A DNA stretch of 64,000 nucleotides from NCBI RefSeq assembly GCF_053078305.1, contig NZ_CP166879.1. The stretch is one strand, 5' to 3'. Position numbers and translations under genes: made by a program. Positions 13,985-31,651 of this stretch are shown here, in pieces (positions within the stretch are counted from its first letter, which is position 1; each line of letters starts with the position of its first letter). The notes beneath the pieces are model-generated. The model worked only from the letters and a program-made list of their open reading frames with translations, did not search any database and was not told the DNA's origin.

Positions 13985-15037
13985 TTATTCTGTTGGATCA
14001 GGAATGCCCAGTGTTGTATTCAGACGTCCACGAGACTTATTAAAGATCTTATTGCCATTTTCACGTCCTGCCCGACGGCGTCGCTGTTCTACTGGCGGTA
14101 ACGCGCTTTCTTCGCAGCAAATCTCACTACAACAACCTTTGTATTTTTCCGCACATGCTGGACACTGAATAAACAGCAGGTGGCAGCCATCATTTTTACA
14201 GTTGGTATGGCTGTCGCACGGCGCACCGCACTGGTGGCAATGCGCGATAATCTCATCCGATATACGTTCGCCCATCCGCTCGTCAAAAACAAAATTTTTG
14301 CCAATAAAACGCACCGGCAAGCCCTGCTCGCGCGCCTTACGGGCGTATTCAATAATTCCGCCCTCGATATGCCAGACTTTGTTGAATCCGTTATGTTTCA
14401 TCCAGGCACTGGCCTTTTCACAACGAATGCCGCCGGTGCAGTACATGACGATTTTTTTATCTTTATGTGCCTGCATCATCTCGACTGCTTTTGGCAGCTG
14501 CTCACGGAAGGTATCTGCCGGAATTTCGAGCGCGTTTTCAAAGTGCCCCACTTCATACTCATAGTGGTTACGCATGTCGATAAATAGTGCATCGGGATCG
14601 TCAAGCATGGCGTTCACTTCCGCCGCTTGCAGATACTCACCAACATTGCTGGCATCAAAGTGAGGATCGTCAATACCGTCGGCAACGATACGATCGCGGA
14701 CCTTCATGCGCAGTACCCAGAAAGATTTCCCATCATCATCCAACGCGATATTCAGGCGTAAACCCTCTAAAGCCGGGTCGAAGGCATAGAGCTGCGCGCG
14801 AAATGTTTCAACATTGCTCGCTGGTACGCTGATTTGCGCGTTAATGCCCTCATGCGCCAGATACACTCGCCCAAAAACATTCAGCGCGGTAAACAGCTGA
14901 TATAAAGCGTCACGGGTCGCCTTAGGATCGGCGATGTGGAAATACTTGTAAAACGAAATGGTGGTTCGCGGTTCGCTCTCAGCCAACATTTTGGCTTTTA
15001 ACGCGTCGTTGGAAATGCGGTTGTGTAACACTGGCAT
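13985..15037 (-). CDS. yceA: Rhodanese-domain tRNA uridine(34) hydroxylase YceA (TrhO)
   Basis: 350-aa product from [21 protein letters not shown]...; rhodanese active-site Cys ([11 protein letters not shown]) and a Cys-rich C-terminus. Confidence 0.85.
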   Translation of the reverse strand: MPVLHNRISNDALKAKMLAESEPRTTISFYKYFHIADPKATRDALYQLFTALNVFGRVYLAHEGINAQISVPASNVETFRAQLYAFDPALEGLRLNIALDDDGKSFWVLRMKVRDRIVADGIDDPHFDASNVGEYLQAAEVNAMLDDPDALFIDMRNHYEYEVGHFENALEIPADTFREQLPKAVEMMQAHKDKKIVMYCTGGIRCEKASAWMKHNGFNKVWHIEGGIIEYARKAREQGLPVRFIGKNFVFDERMGERISDEIIAHCHQCGAPCDSHTNCKNDGCHLLFIQCPACAEKYKGCCSEICCEESALPPVEQRRRRAGRENGNKIFNKSRGRLNTTLGIPDPTE

Positions 15038-15261
15038 GGTGTACGGTTCCTGCGAGATGGGAAAGTAAAAATCCGCGGCATGATATAGCAATTATCGATA
15101 ATTAACATCCACACATTTTACGCTACATTTGCGCATTAAAAATTATTTGTTATTTACAAGCGCGGCAATTTCGCCCAGTCTTCAGCCACAAATTTTGGTT
15201 GCGGGCGAAAAAATGCGACAATACATACAATTGCCCGAATAGGTTGAAAAACAGGATTGAT

Positions 15262-16182
15262 ATGACGAATCTACCCAAGTTCTCCACCGCACTGCTTCAT
15301 CCGCGTTATTGGTTAACCTGGTTGGGTATTGGCGTACTTTGGTTAGTCGTGCAATTGCCCTACCCGGTTATCTACCGCCTCGGTTGTGGATTAGGAAAAC
15401 TGGCGTTACGTTTTATGAAACGACGCGCAAAAATTGTGCATCGCAACCTGGAACTGTGCTTCCCGGAAATGAGCGAACAAGAACGCCGTAAAATGGTGGT
15501 GAAGAATTTCGAATCCGTTGGCATGGGACTGATGGAAACTGGCATGGCGTGGTTCTGGCCGGACCGCCGAATCGCCCGCTGGACGGAAGTGATCGGCATG
15601 GAACACATTCGTGACGTGCAGGCGCAAAAACGCGGCATCCTGTTAGTTGGTATCCATTTTCTGACACTGGAGCTGGGTGCGCGGCAGTTTGGTATGCAGG
15701 AACCAGGGATTGGCGTTTACCGCCCGAACGATAATCCACTGATTGACTGGCTACAAACCTGGGGCCGTTTGCGCTCAAATAAATCGATGCTCGACCGCAA
15801 AGATTTAAAAGGCATGATTAAAGCCCTGAAAAAAGGCGAAGTGGTCTGGTACGCACCGGATCATGATTACGGCCCGCGCTCAAGCGTTTTCGTCCCGTTG
15901 TTTGCCGTTGAGCAGGCTGCGACCACGACCGGAACCTGGATGCTGGCACGGATGTCCGGCGCATGTCTGGTGCCCTTCGTTCCACGCCGTAAGCCAGATG
16001 GCAAAGGGTATCAATTGATTATGCTGCCGCCAGAGTGTTCTCCGCCACTGGATGATGCCGAAACTACCGCCGCGTGGATGAACAAAGTGGTCGAAAAATG
16101 CATCATGATGGCACCAGAGCAATATATGTGGTTACACCGTCGCTTTAAAACACGCCCGGAAGGCGTTCCTTCACGCTATTAA
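15262..16182 (+). CDS. lpxL: Lipid A lauroyl acyltransferase LpxL (HtrB)
   Basis: 306-aa product from [24 protein letters not shown]...; track ORF's upstream extension trimmed. Confidence 0.88.
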
Positions 16183-16189
16183 ATCTTCC

Positions 16190-16220
16190 ATGCCGGATGC
16201 TTCAGAATGGCATCCGGCAT
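16190..16220. terminator. REP-like perfect palindrome downstream of lpxL
   Basis: ATGCCGGATGC-TTCAGAATG-GCATCCGGCAT, an 11-bp perfect stem right after the lpxL stop. Confidence 0.55.
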
Positions 16221-16353
16221 TACCACAGCAAATCCCCCTGATTTAGCGATAAAAGCTCTCTGGATTGCGCCCCCTGGAAGTCGGGCGCATAATTAGTGTG
16301 CTTATCTTTTCTTCTTATGTTCACCGCGCCTGGCGCACCAACAGCGGATTGCT

Positions 16354-17580
16354 ATGTCACCCTGTGAAAATGACACCCCTATAAACTGGAAACGAAACCT
16401 GATCGTCGCCTGGCTAGGCTGTTTTCTTACCGGTGCCGCCTTCAGTCTGGTAATGCCCTTCTTACCCCTCTACGTTGAGCAGCTTGGCGTTACCGGTCAC
16501 TCCGCCCTGAATATGTGGTCCGGTATTGTCTTCAGCATTACATTTTTATTTTCGGCCATCGCTTCACCGTTTTGGGGTGGGCTCGCCGACCGTAAAGGCC
16601 GAAAACTCATGCTATTACGCTCTGCTCTCGGCATGGGCATCGTGATGGTGTTGATGGGACTGGCACAAAATATCTGGCAGTTTTTGATCCTGCGGGCGCT
16701 TCTTGGTTTACTTGGCGGATTTGTCCCCAACGCTAATGCTCTTATCGCCACACAAGTACCGCGTAATAAAAGCGGCTGGGCGCTGGGTACGCTCTCCACA
16801 GGCGGCGTTAGCGGCGCGTTGCTCGGCCCAATGGCTGGCGGTTTGCTCGCCGATAGCTACGGCTTACGTCCGGTATTCTTTATTACCGCCAGTGTGCTCA
16901 TACTCTGCTTTTTCGTCACCCTGTTCTGCATCAGAGAAAAATTCCAGCCGGTCAGCAAAAAAGAGATGCTGCACATGCGGGAAGTGGTGACATCACTTAA
17001 AAACCCGAAACTGGTACTCAGCCTGTTTGTCACTACGTTAATCATCCAGGTGGCGACGGGCTCAATTGCCCCCATTCTGACGCTGTATGTCCGCGAACTG
17101 GCGGGTAACGTCAGTAACGTCGCCTTTATCAGTGGCATGATCGCCTCGGTGCCAGGCGTGGCGGCTCTGCTGAGTGCACCACGACTCGGCAAACTTGGCG
17201 ATCGAATCGGCCCCGAAAAGATCCTGATTACGGCGCTGATCTTCTCTGTACTGCTGTTGATCCCAATGTCATACGTTCAGACGCCATTACAACTTGGGAT
17301 TTTACGTTTTTTGCTCGGTGCCGCCGATGGTGCACTACTCCCCGCCGTACAGACACTGTTGGTTTACAACTCGAGCAACCAAATCGCCGGACGTATCTTC
17401 AGCTATAACCAATCGTTTCGTGATATTGGCAACGTTACCGGACCATTGATGGGAGCAGCGATTTCAGCGAACTACGGTTTCAGAGCGGTATTTCTCGTCA
17501 CCGCTGGCGTAGTGTTATTCAACGCAGTCTATTCATGGAACAGTCTACGTCGTCGTCGAATACCCCAGGTATCGAACTGA
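16354..17580 (+). CDS. mdtG: MFS multidrug efflux transporter MdtG (YceE)
   Basis: 408-aa 12-TM MFS protein; synteny. Confidence 0.88.
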
Positions 17581-17662
17581 TTTTTCGCCTTTCATACTTG
17601 CAAAAGCGGAGAATCAGCTATCCTTTTCCCTGAAACCTCATCAACTCAAAGGGAGAATCGTG

Positions 17663-18037
17663 ATGACCATGTACGCAACGCTTGAAGAAGCCATTGACGC
17701 TGCACGCGAAGAATTTCTTGCAGACAACCCCGGCATCGACGCCGAAGACGCGAATGTGCAACAGTTCAATGCCCAAAAATACGTTTTGCAGGACGGCGAC
17801 ATCATGTGGCAAGTTGAGTTTTTTGCCGACGAAGGGGAAGAAGGTGAATGTTTACCTATGCTTAGCGGTGAGGCCGCGCAAAGTGTTTTTGACGGCGACT
17901 ATGATGAGATAGAGATCCGCCAGGAGTGGCAAGAAGAGAATACATTACATGAATGGGACGAGGGGGAATTTCAGCTTGAGCCACCGCTGGATACCGAGGA
18001 AGGACGCGCAGCAGCTGATGAGTGGGATGAACGTTAA
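17663..18037 (+). CDS. msyB: Acidic protein MsyB
   Basis: 124-aa highly acidic product (MTMYATLEEAIDAAREEFLADNPGIDAEDANV...). Confidence 0.88.
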   Translation: MTMYATLEEAIDAAREEFLADNPGIDAEDANVQQFNAQKYVLQDGDIMWQVEFFADEGEEGECLPMLSGEAAQSVFDGDYDEIEIRQEWQEENTLHEWDEGEFQLEPPLDTEEGRAAADEWDER

Positions 18038-18265
18038 TCACTCATACGGGCCATGATGAATGTCGATCGGCAGCAGTAAAGTATCAAAAACCAGGGAGAA
18101 TGGCAGATCAAGAATTGTGACATAACGCCAGGCGGAGTCACGCACATCCCATTGCACACCGGGATAATATTGGTTGCCATGCCCCTGCCCCGGTATAGTG
18201 CGGCTAATGATGCTGCCACAGCCACTCAGCAAGGTCACCATGATGCTCACCACAATTAAACGCAT
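18038..18265 (-). CDS. yceK: Lipoprotein YceK
   Basis: 75-aa ORF with lipobox (MRLIVVSIMVTLLSGCGS...); its stop abuts the msyB stop. Confidence 0.85.
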   Translation of the reverse strand: MRLIVVSIMVTLLSGCGSIISRTIPGQGHGNQYYPGVQWDVRDSAWRYVTILDLPFSLVFDTLLLPIDIHHGPYE

Positions 18266-18281
18266 TTGATACCTCTTCCGT

Positions 18282-18314
18282 AAAAAAATACCGGCATAAC
18301 GCCGGTATTTTTAT
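18282..18314. terminator. Bidirectional rho-independent terminator
   Basis: A-run, CCGGC-ATAAC-GCCGG hairpin, T-run; can terminate transcription from either strand. Confidence 0.6.
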
Positions 18315-18327
18315 TGGCTCGTTGTTT

Positions 18328-18433
18328 TTGCCAGATGCGACGTGAACGCCTTACCCAACCTACAAAATCTTGCAAAATCAATAAATTGCAGGAACGATGT
18401 AGGCCTGATAAGCGTAGCGCATCAGGCAACTAC
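18328..18433. repeat. REP/BIME-type extragenic palindromes
   Basis: Two REP-like units (TGCCAGATGCGACGTGAACGCCTTACC and GTAGGCCTGATAAGCGTAGCGCATCAGGCA) between yceK and opgH. Confidence 0.7.
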
Positions 18434-18437
18434 GTTT

Positions 18438-22620
<4,183 letters not shown>

Positions 22621-22902
22621 TCAGCACGCTGGCTCATGGATTAAGCACCTGATTGCAACCGTTTTCACTTTCCGTGCTTCTCCTAAAGACAGAAGCATCG
22701 ACTTCGTGTAGGGTTTGCCAGCAAATTTATTTATCAACCGTCTTACAGACGCTTCCATTCTGGTTAGTGGTAGCGATGATGCTATGCATAAAAACCTTGA
22801 AGCCTGCGCCTGGCGCGGTCAGGTCGGTGTCGCTATGGCAACAAGCCTAAAGGCATAACCCGACAGGGATAAGACGAAAAATCCGAGATTAGTTAACCAT
22901 AT

Positions 22903-24060
22903 ATGAATCCAGTACCCGCGCAACGTGAATATTTCCTCGACTCCATCCGCGCCTGGCTGATGTTGTTAGGGATCCCTTTTCATATTTCTTTAATCTATTC
23001 GAGCCATACATGGCATGTGAATAGCGCCGAACCGTCATTGTGGCTGACCCTTTTTAATGACTTCATCCACTCGTTCCGCATGCAGGTATTTTTCGTTATA
23101 TCCGGCTACTTTTCCTACATGCTTTTTTTACGCTATCCCTTGAAAAAATGGTGGAAAGTACGTGTCGAACGTGTAGGTATCCCGATGTTAACAGCCATCC
23201 CCCTACTGACATTGCCGCAATTTATTATGCTGCAATACGTCAAAGGGAAAGCGGAAAGTTGGCCTGGACTGTCATTGTATGACAAATATAATACGTTGGC
23301 CTGGGAATTAATATCGCACCTGTGGTTTTTATTGGTGTTAGTGGTCATGACGACGCTGTGCGTATGGATATTTAAACGCATCAGAAATAATTTAGAAAAT
23401 TCTGATAAAACGAATAAAAAATTCTCGATGGTAAAACTATCGCTGATTTTTTTGTGCCTCGGCATCGGTTATGCGGTAATAAGAAGAACGATTTTTATTG
23501 TGTATCCGCCCATTCTGAGTAATGGCATGTTCAATTTTATTGTCATGCAAACGCTATTTTATTTACCGTTCTTTATCCTCGGCGCACTGGCTTTCATTTT
23601 CCCTCATCTTAAAGCCTTGTTTACCACGCCGTCTCGTGGCTGTACCCTCGCTGCAGCATTGGCGTTTGTCGCTTATTTACTCAACCAGCGCTATGGCAGT
23701 GGCGATGCCTGGATGTACGAAACCGAGTCGGTGATCACCATGGTCCTCGGTCTGTGGATGGTGAATGTGGTCTTCTCCTTTGGCCACCGTTTGCTTAACT
23801 TCCAGTCAGCGCGGGTGACTTATTTTGTTAACGCATCGCTGTTTATCTATCTGGTTCACCACCCGTTAACGCTGTTTTTCGGCGCATACATTACACCGCA
23901 CATCACCTCCAACTGGCTTGGTTTTCTCTGTGGCCTGATATTCGTAGTAGGGATTGCGATAATTCTGTATGAAATTCATTTACGCATCCCGTTACTGAAG
24001 TTTTTGTTTTCTGGTAAACCGGTTGTTAAGCGTGAGAACGATAAAGCACCAGCCCGTTAA
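22903..24060 (+). CDS. opgC: OPG succinyltransferase OpgC (MdoC)
   Basis: 385-aa polytopic acyltransferase-3 family protein, divergent from opgGH. Confidence 0.88.
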   Translation: MNPVPAQREYFLDSIRAWLMLLGIPFHISLIYSSHTWHVNSAEPSLWLTLFNDFIHSFRMQVFFVISGYFSYMLFLRYPLKKWWKVRVERVGIPMLTAIPLLTLPQFIMLQYVKGKAESWPGLSLYDKYNTLAWELISHLWFLLVLVVMTTLCVWIFKRIRNNLENSDKTNKKFSMVKLSLIFLCLGIGYAVIRRTIFIVYPPILSNGMFNFIVMQTLFYLPFFILGALAFIFPHLKALFTTPSRGCTLAAALAFVAYLLNQRYGSGDAWMYETESVITMVLGLWMVNVVFSFGHRLLNFQSARVTYFVNASLFIYLVHHPLTLFFGAYITPHITSNWLGFLCGLIFVVGIAIILYEIHLRIPLLKFLFSGKPVVKRENDKAPAR

Positions 24061-24067
24061 GCCACAT

Positions 24068-25498
24068 TTACAATAACCATTCCACGGGCAATATCGACGC
24101 CAGTCTGACCATAACCCGCTTCCAGAAACTGGTGGCGGGTTCTTTTTTGAGAATAATCTCTTTCTTTGCATGACGATCAACCCAGTTGATCCGTCCCCAC
24201 CTGTCCAGACGGAGCTGCCAGGCCGCATCATACTGGCTCTGAATAAAGCGTTTATCAATTAACTGTGCCAGCGTTTCGCTCTCTATCACGAAGCCCATTT
24301 CAGTATTGAGCAATGTTGAACGCGGATCGAAATTGAAAGAACCGATAAACACCGTTTTACCATCGATGCTAAAGGTTTTAGCATGCAGGCTGGCACCGGA
24401 ATTACCGGTTATGCCGCGATCGTGTAATGTACTACTTTGTTCACGCGTCGGCTTGAGTTCATATAATTCCACGCCATAGCGGAGCAATTTTTTGCGCCAG
24501 CGCGCGTATCCGGCATGGACGACAGCAACATCGTTAGCGGCAAGAGAATTGGTTAGGATCGCAATCTTTACCCCTTTTCTCACCATCCGTAAGAGTTGCG
24601 CCACACCTGCGCGTGTCGGTACAAAATAGGAAGAGATAATATCGATGCGTTCACTGGGTGAGCCCATGATATCGAACAGGCGCTGCGGTAACAGTGAATG
24701 CCGTTTTGCCTTGCCCTCCCCTTTCGCCGGATCATCACTTAATAAACGTGTTTTCGCCCAGATAAGCGGCAACGTTCCATCAACCAGATGATTTATAAAC
24801 GGACTGGATTCCATTTTGCGTAAGTAACGATGCGTCATGGCATCGTTATGCCAGGAGGCGGGTAACTCGATGCGATCCGCCATTTCACCTTCCGGGACAT
24901 CCAGCACCTGCTGTAAGGGTGAAACCGATTTGCAATACCAGTAGCGGGCGAAATCATCGGCAACGTCCTCTACTACGGGTCCTATTGCCATGACATCTAA
25001 ATCCGAAAAAAGTGGCTCTTCCCCTGCCCCAAAATAGGCATCACCAATATTTCGCCCCCCTACCAGCGTCACCACGCCATCGACAGTGAAACTTTTATTG
25101 TGCATACGGCGATTGAGACGGGAAAAGTCGGTGATATAACCAAGCGGACGCAGCAAGCGAAACGAGAAAGGATTAAAAAGCCGGACTTCAATGCGGGGAT
25201 GGCTGTCAAGCAAGCGTAAAATGTCGTCAAGTCCGGGCGTATTGTTGTCGTCCAGCAACAAACGGACGCGAACGCCACGCTTTGCTGCGGCTAACAGGGC
25301 GGAAAACAGTAACCGACCCGACATATCGTCCTGCCAGATGTAATACTGAACATCCAGCGTATGCTCTGCCATTTCGGCCAGACGATACCGGGCGGCAAAC
25401 GCATCCAGACTTTTCTCCAGAGGGAAAAGACCACATTGACCAGGATGTTGCGAACACAGTGGCAGCACCGCGCTCGCCAGCCGGGGCAAATCATTCAT
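24068..25498 (-). CDS. clsC: Cardiolipin synthase C (YmdC), PLD superfamily
   Basis: PLD-type protein with two HxK motifs (e.g. [11 protein letters not shown]). Start placed at the ATG 2 nt after the ymdB stop; the track ORF's longer start would overlap ymdB. Start uncertain. Confidence 0.82.
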   Translation of the reverse strand: MNDLPRLASAVLPLCSQHPGQCGLFPLEKSLDAFAARYRLAEMAEHTLDVQYYIWQDDMSGRLLFSALLAAAKRGVRVRLLLDDNNTPGLDDILRLLDSHPRIEVRLFNPFSFRLLRPLGYITDFSRLNRRMHNKSFTVDGVVTLVGGRNIGDAYFGAGEEPLFSDLDVMAIGPVVEDVADDFARYWYCKSVSPLQQVLDVPEGEMADRIELPASWHNDAMTHRYLRKMESSPFINHLVDGTLPLIWAKTRLLSDDPAKGEGKAKRHSLLPQRLFDIMGSPSERIDIISSYFVPTRAGVAQLLRMVRKGVKIAILTNSLAANDVAVVHAGYARWRKKLLRYGVELYELKPTREQSSTLHDRGITGNSGASLHAKTFSIDGKTVFIGSFNFDPRSTLLNTEMGFVIESETLAQLIDKRFIQSQYDAAWQLRLDRWGRINWVDRHAKKEIILKKEPATSFWKRVMVRLASILPVEWLL

Positions 25499-26024
25499 CT
25501 CCTTGTTGGGTAAGGAGTCTTTCGTAGAGGTGGGCGTTTTCTTCATCATAACAGACAAAGTATACCTGTTCGGGTAAAGCGTGACGGGTAATAAATTCTG
25601 AAACGGTTTTTACTGCGATTTCAGCCGCTGCCGCACGAGGGTAACCATAAACCCCAGTACTGATTGCAGGAAAAGCCACTGACGTATAGCTGTTTGCCGC
25701 CACCAGTCGTAGGCTATTGAGATAGGCATCCTGCAAAAGCTGGTCTTCGTTTTGTTCACCACCACGCCAGACTGGCCCGACGGTGTGCACTACGGCTTTA
25801 GCGGGAAGATCGCCTGCAAGCGTAATAACGGCATGCCCCGTAGGGCAATCGCCCTGCTGTTGCCTGACTTTTAAACAGGCATCCAGCAGGGCCGGACCCG
25901 CTGCGCGATGAATGGCCCCATCGACGCCGCCACCTCCCATTAATGAAGGATTAGCCGCATTCACAATCACATCAACGGCCAGTTTGGTAATATCACCCTG
26001 CACAACATGAATACGCGTTTTCAT
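25491..26024 (-). CDS. ymdB: Macro-domain O-acetyl-ADP-ribose deacetylase YmdB
   Basis: 177-aa macro-domain ORF ([25 protein letters not shown]...). Confidence 0.9.
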
Positions 26025-26118
26025 AACGCCTCCTTACACCTTCTTGTTTCTTAAGTGTACAGCAGGCTTTTTGGTTAAATCGCATTTTTCTGCTCAGCAA
26101 CGTGAGTTGTTCAGAAAC

Positions 26119-26883
<765 letters not shown>

Positions 26884-26941
26884 ATTCTTCTCCCGAAAAA
26901 AAACAGGGCTTGCGCCCTGTTTCTTTAATACAGATGATGTA

Positions 26942-27400
26942 TTAGTACTGATGAGCGGTCGCGTTGTTACCAAAGCCAACCTGAGTTACGTTGACGGTGG
27001 AATTCGATGCAGTCTGGTCAACCGCTGCACCGTTGCCGCCACCGAACTGTTTAACTGTCATATGAGAGTCTTTACCGTTCCACTGATCAAGAGTGGCGCT
27101 GTTGCCAAAGCCACGTTGGGTCAGATCGATTGAGCTGTCATCTGAGCCCTGACCAACATCTGCACCGTTACCACCACCATGCTGGGTAATAGTAAGATCA
27201 GAGTTACGAGCATCAGCTTGCAGAGCAAGTGCAGAGTTACCACCACCGTACTGATAAATATTCAGCTCTGAATTCGGGCCGCTGTTATTACCACCACCAC
27301 CGTGGTTACCGCCACCGCCGCCGTACTGAGGAACAACACCTGCCAGAGCGCTACCGGAGAATACGATTGCTGCAATTGCTGCTACTTTTAAAAGTTTCAT
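26942..27400 (-). CDS. csgA: Major curlin subunit CsgA
   Basis: Signal peptide plus five curlin repeats with the S-x5-Q-x-G-x-G-N-x-A motif. Confidence 0.95.
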   Translation of the reverse strand: MKLLKVAAIAAIVFSGSALAGVVPQYGGGGGNHGGGGNNSGPNSELNIYQYGGGNSALALQADARNSDLTITQHGGGNGADVGQGSDDSSIDLTQRGFGNSATLDQWNGKDSHMTVKQFGGGNGAAVDQTASNSTVNVTQVGFGNNATAHQY

Positions 27401-27440
27401 GTAAAACCCCCATCGGATTGATTTAAAAGTCGAATGGAAA

Positions 27441-27896
27441 TTAACGTTGTGTCACGCGAATAGCCATTTGCGACTGTCTCTGCACTACAATTGCCGTTTT
27501 TTGAGTACCATACTGTGTAATATTTGCTTTATTACCAGAACCTTTCTGGATAATCATCGCAGTATTACCATAAGCACCTTGCGAAATACTGGCATCGTTG
27601 GCACTGCCCGCCTGATCAATATATGCAAGGTTATAATCTCCTGTCTGGTCAATCTTTGCCCGGTTGCTACTACCTTCTTGCGCAACAACCGCCAAAAGTT
27701 TTGAGCCTCCCTGCCGTAACTGAGCACTATTATTAGTCCCAGCTTGACCAATTATGGCTGCCTGATTAAATGAAGACTTACTCAATTCATTTACCGCGAA
27801 GTTATATTCTGAATTAGCTAAATCATAACCTGCTGCGGCTGCAATCCCAGGCGCACCCAGTATTGTTAACATCATAAATAACAATTTGTTTTTCAT
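27441..27896 (-). CDS. csgB: Minor curlin / nucleator CsgB
   Basis: 151-aa product from MKNKLLFMMLTILGAPGIAAA with curlin repeats; upstream of csgA. Confidence 0.93.
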   Translation of the reverse strand: MKNKLLFMMLTILGAPGIAAAAGYDLANSEYNFAVNELSKSSFNQAAIIGQAGTNNSAQLRQGGSKLLAVVAQEGSSNRAKIDQTGDYNLAYIDQAGSANDASISQGAYGNTAMIIQKGSGNKANITQYGTQKTAIVVQRQSQMAIRVTQR

Positions 27897-28649
27897 GTTG
27901 TCACCCTGGACCTGGTCGTACATTTAAGAAATTAAATCATTTCAACTTGGTTGTTAACGCAACCTGTATTTTGTTAACGCTGCGTTACGATGGAAAGTAT
28001 GTCTGTGGAAATATTTTTAATAACTCACCCGCGCGTTGTATTTTTCTTTTTTTGTTCATACCAAAGTATTAAAAGCCACGTAAATACGCTGTTATCTACG
28101 CAAAAAATATTTTGTTTTCTTTTAAATCTCCGTTTTCCGCTAGCAAAAAACACCAGACAGTCATTCTTCTTGCCCGTCGCTGATTGCTGCGATATGTCTT
28201 GCGCACAAGCCGTGACAAACCTCGTCTTTTTGCAGTAAAAAATTGTCCACGGTGGTGTGGAGAAAAAACAAGAACGTTTTACATGACGAAAGGACTACAC
28301 CGAAATATTTTTTATATGCATTATTAGTAAGTTAGCACCATTTGTATGATTTTTTAAAATTGTGCAATAAAAACCAAATGTACAACTTTTCTATCATTCC
28401 TAAACTTAATAAAACCTTAAAGTTAACATTTTAATATAACGAGTTACATTTAGTTACATGTTTAACACTTGATTTAAGATTTGTAATGGCTAGATTGAAA
28501 TCAGATGTAATCCATTAGTTTTATATTTTACCCATTTAGGGCTGATTTATTACTACACACAGCAGTGCAACATCTGTCAGTACTTCTGGTGCTTCTATTT
28601 TAGAGGCAGCTGTCAGGTGTGCGATCAATAAAAAAAGCGGGGTTTCATC
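27897..28649. promoter_or_regulatory. csgBAC / csgDEFG divergent control region
   Basis: ~750-bp AT-rich intergenic region between divergent csgB and csgD; known to hold the sigma-S-dependent promoters and multiple regulator sites (individual sites not mapped here). Confidence 0.7.
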
Positions 28650-29300
<651 letters not shown>

Positions 29301-29304
29301 AGCC

Positions 29305-29694
29305 ATGAAACGTTATTTACGCTGGATTGTGGCGGCAGAATTTCTGTTCGCCGCAGGGAATCTTCACGCCGTTGAGGTAGAAGTCCCGGGATTGTTAACT
29401 GACCATACTGTTTCCTCTATTGGCCATGATTTTTACCGAGCCTTTAGTGATAAATGGGAAAGTGACTATACGGGTAACTTAACGATTAATGAAAGGCCCA
29501 GTGCACGATGGGGAAGTTGGATCACTATAACGGTCAATCAGGACGTTATTTTCCAGACTTTTTTATTCCCGTTGAAAAGAGACTTCGAAAAAACTGTCGT
29601 CTTTGCACTGATTCAAACTGAAGAAGCACTAAATCGTCGCCAGATAAATCAGGCGTTATTAAGTACGGGCGATTTGGCGCATGATGAATTCTAA
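29305..29694 (+). CDS. csgE: Curli secretion specificity factor CsgE
   Basis: 129-aa secreted protein, second gene of csgDEFG. Confidence 0.92.
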
Positions 29695-29718
29695 ATAAAA
29701 AATTGTTCGGAGGCTGCA

Positions 29719-30135
29719 ATGCGTGTCAAACATGCAGTAGTTCTACTCATGCTTATTTCGCCATTAAGTTGGGCTGGAACCATGACTTTCCAGTTCCGTA
29801 ATCCAAACTTTGGTGGTAACCCAAATAATGGCGCTTTTTTATTAAATAGCGCTCAGGCCCAAAACTCTTATAAAGATCCGAGCTATAACGATGACTTTGG
29901 TATTGAAACACCCTCAGCGTTAGATAACTTTACTCAGGCCATCCAGTCACAAATTTTAGGTGGGCTACTGTCGAATATTAATACCGGTAAACCGGGCCGC
30001 ATGGTGACCAACGATTATATTGTTGATATTGCTAACCGCGATGGTCAATTGCAGTTGAACGTGACAGATCGTAAAACCGGACAAACCTCGACCATCCAGG
30101 TTTCGGGTTTACAAAATAACTCAACCGATTTTTAA
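29719..30135 (+). CDS. csgF: Curli assembly protein CsgF
   Basis: 138-aa secreted protein, third gene of csgDEFG. Confidence 0.92.
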
Positions 30136-30161
30136 GCCCCAGCTTCATAAGGAAAATAATC

Positions 30162-30995
30162 ATGCAGCGCTTATTTCTTTTGGTTGCCGTCATGTTACTG
30201 AGCGGATGCTTAACCGCCCCGCCTAAAGAAGCCGCCAGACCGACATTAATGCCTCGTGCTCAGAGCTACAAAGATTTGACCCATCTGCCAGCGCCGACGG
30301 GTAAGATCTTTGTTTCGGTATACAACATTCAGGACGAAACCGGGCAATTTAAACCCTACCCGGCAAGTAACTTCTCCACTGCTGTTCCGCAAAGCGCCAC
30401 GGCGATGCTGGTCACGGCATTGAAAGATTCTCGCTGGTTTATACCGCTGGAGCGCCAGGGCTTACAAAACCTGCTTAACGAGCGCAAGATTATTCGTGCG
30501 GCACAAGAAAACGGCACGGTTGCCATTAATAACCGAATCCCGCTGCAATCTTTAACGGCGGCAAATATCATGGTTGAAGGTTCGATTATCGGTTATGAAA
30601 GCAACGTCAAATCGGGCGGGGTTGGGGCAAGATATTTTGGGATCGGTGCCGACACGCAATACCAGCTCGATCAGATTGCCGTGAACCTGCGCGTCGTCAA
30701 TGTGAGTACCGGTGAGATCCTCTCCTCGGTGAACACCAGTAAGACGATACTTTCCTATGAAGTTCAGGCCGGGGTTTTCCGCTTTATTGACTACCAGCGC
30801 TTGCTGGAAGGGGAAGTGGGTTACACCTCAAACGAACCCGTTATGCTGTGTCTGATGTCGGCTATCGAAACAGGGGTCATTTTCCTGATTAATGATGGTA
30901 TCGACCGTGGTCTGTGGGATTTACAAAATAAAGCAGAACGGCAGAATGACATTCTGGTGAAATACCGCCATATGTCGGTTCCACCGGAATCCTGA
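30162..30995 (+). CDS. csgG: Curli secretion channel lipoprotein CsgG
   Basis: 277-aa ORF with lipobox (LLSGC). Confidence 0.93.
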   Translation: MQRLFLLVAVMLLSGCLTAPPKEAARPTLMPRAQSYKDLTHLPAPTGKIFVSVYNIQDETGQFKPYPASNFSTAVPQSATAMLVTALKDSRWFIPLERQGLQNLLNERKIIRAAQENGTVAINNRIPLQSLTAANIMVEGSIIGYESNVKSGGVGARYFGIGADTQYQLDQIAVNLRVVNVSTGEILSSVNTSKTILSYEVQAGVFRFIDYQRLLEGEVGYTSNEPVMLCLMSAIETGVIFLINDGIDRGLWDLQNKAERQNDILVKYRHMSVPPES

Positions 30996-30999
30996 CAGA

Positions 31000-31030
31000 T
31001 AAAAAAGCCGGAATTATCATCCGGCATTTT
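31000..31030 (-). terminator. Terminator for ycdZ (minus strand)
   Basis: GCCGGA-ATTATCAT-CCGGC hairpin preceded on the plus strand by an A-run, i.e. T-run on the minus strand. Confidence 0.5.
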
Positions 31031-31042
31031 ACTGTTTAAGCG

Positions 31043-31073
31043 AAAGCGTGAGTGCCCCTCACGCTTTATTTTT
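31043..31073 (+). terminator. Rho-independent terminator of csgDEFG
   Basis: AAGCGTGAG-TGCCCC-TCACGCTT hairpin followed by TATTTTT; overlaps the ycdZ 3' end. Confidence 0.6.
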
Positions 31074-31550
31074 GATTTCCTGCTCACGGTGCGCCGTCTT
31101 TGCACTACGCGCCGCCAGCCACAGGCCGCTGTTTTTCATTGCGTAACCAAATATCAGCCCAAGCGCCAGCGAAGGTAACACCAGTTTCCAGTCACCCTGC
31201 CCGGCAAACGTCGCGCATGCGCCTATAAACGTCCCCGGAACAAATGAAAGCAGCAGCTGTTTGGCCTGAATACACATCAGAAACGCGACAATACCGGTTA
31301 TGACATAACCGAGAATTTCCAGATGTGGTGCCAGTGCACTACCGTAAATAATGACCATCGCCCACACCACGCCACTAAGCAGGGTTGCAGCGGAGATCGC
31401 CAGCCCTTTCAGCCCACCTTGCGGGCAGGCAAAGTAGGCCGTACAGCCCAGGAAGCCCGCCCAGCTTAGTAAGCCCAGGGAAACAGCCACCCATCCCCAG
31501 ATACCGGAGAGAATGCCTGTTGTGATTGCAATAGAGAGAAGTATGTTCAT
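31059..31550 (-). CDS. ycdZ: Inner membrane protein YcdZ (DUF1097)
   Basis: 163-aa polytopic membrane product from MNILLSIAITTGILSGIWG... Confidence 0.85.
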   Translation of the reverse strand: MNILLSIAITTGILSGIWGWVAVSLGLLSWAGFLGCTAYFACPQGGLKGLAISAATLLSGVVWAMVIIYGSALAPHLEILGYVITGIVAFLMCIQAKQLLLSFVPGTFIGACATFAGQGDWKLVLPSLALGLIFGYAMKNSGLWLAARSAKTAHREQEIKNKA

Positions 31551-31651
31551 GCCGCGCATGATAGCAGAAAACGCGGCCATGAATGAGATCGAGCACACAT
31601 TTTATGCAACAGCAAATTATCTGTTGCAGTTATGAGTGACGTAGATCACAT

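Noticed and set aside
18035-18040. Abutting stop codons of msyB and yceK as a possible assembly artefact
   Set aside because: Tail-to-tail genes with adjacent stops are consistent with the known msyB/yceK arrangement, and the bidirectional terminator lies just downstream.
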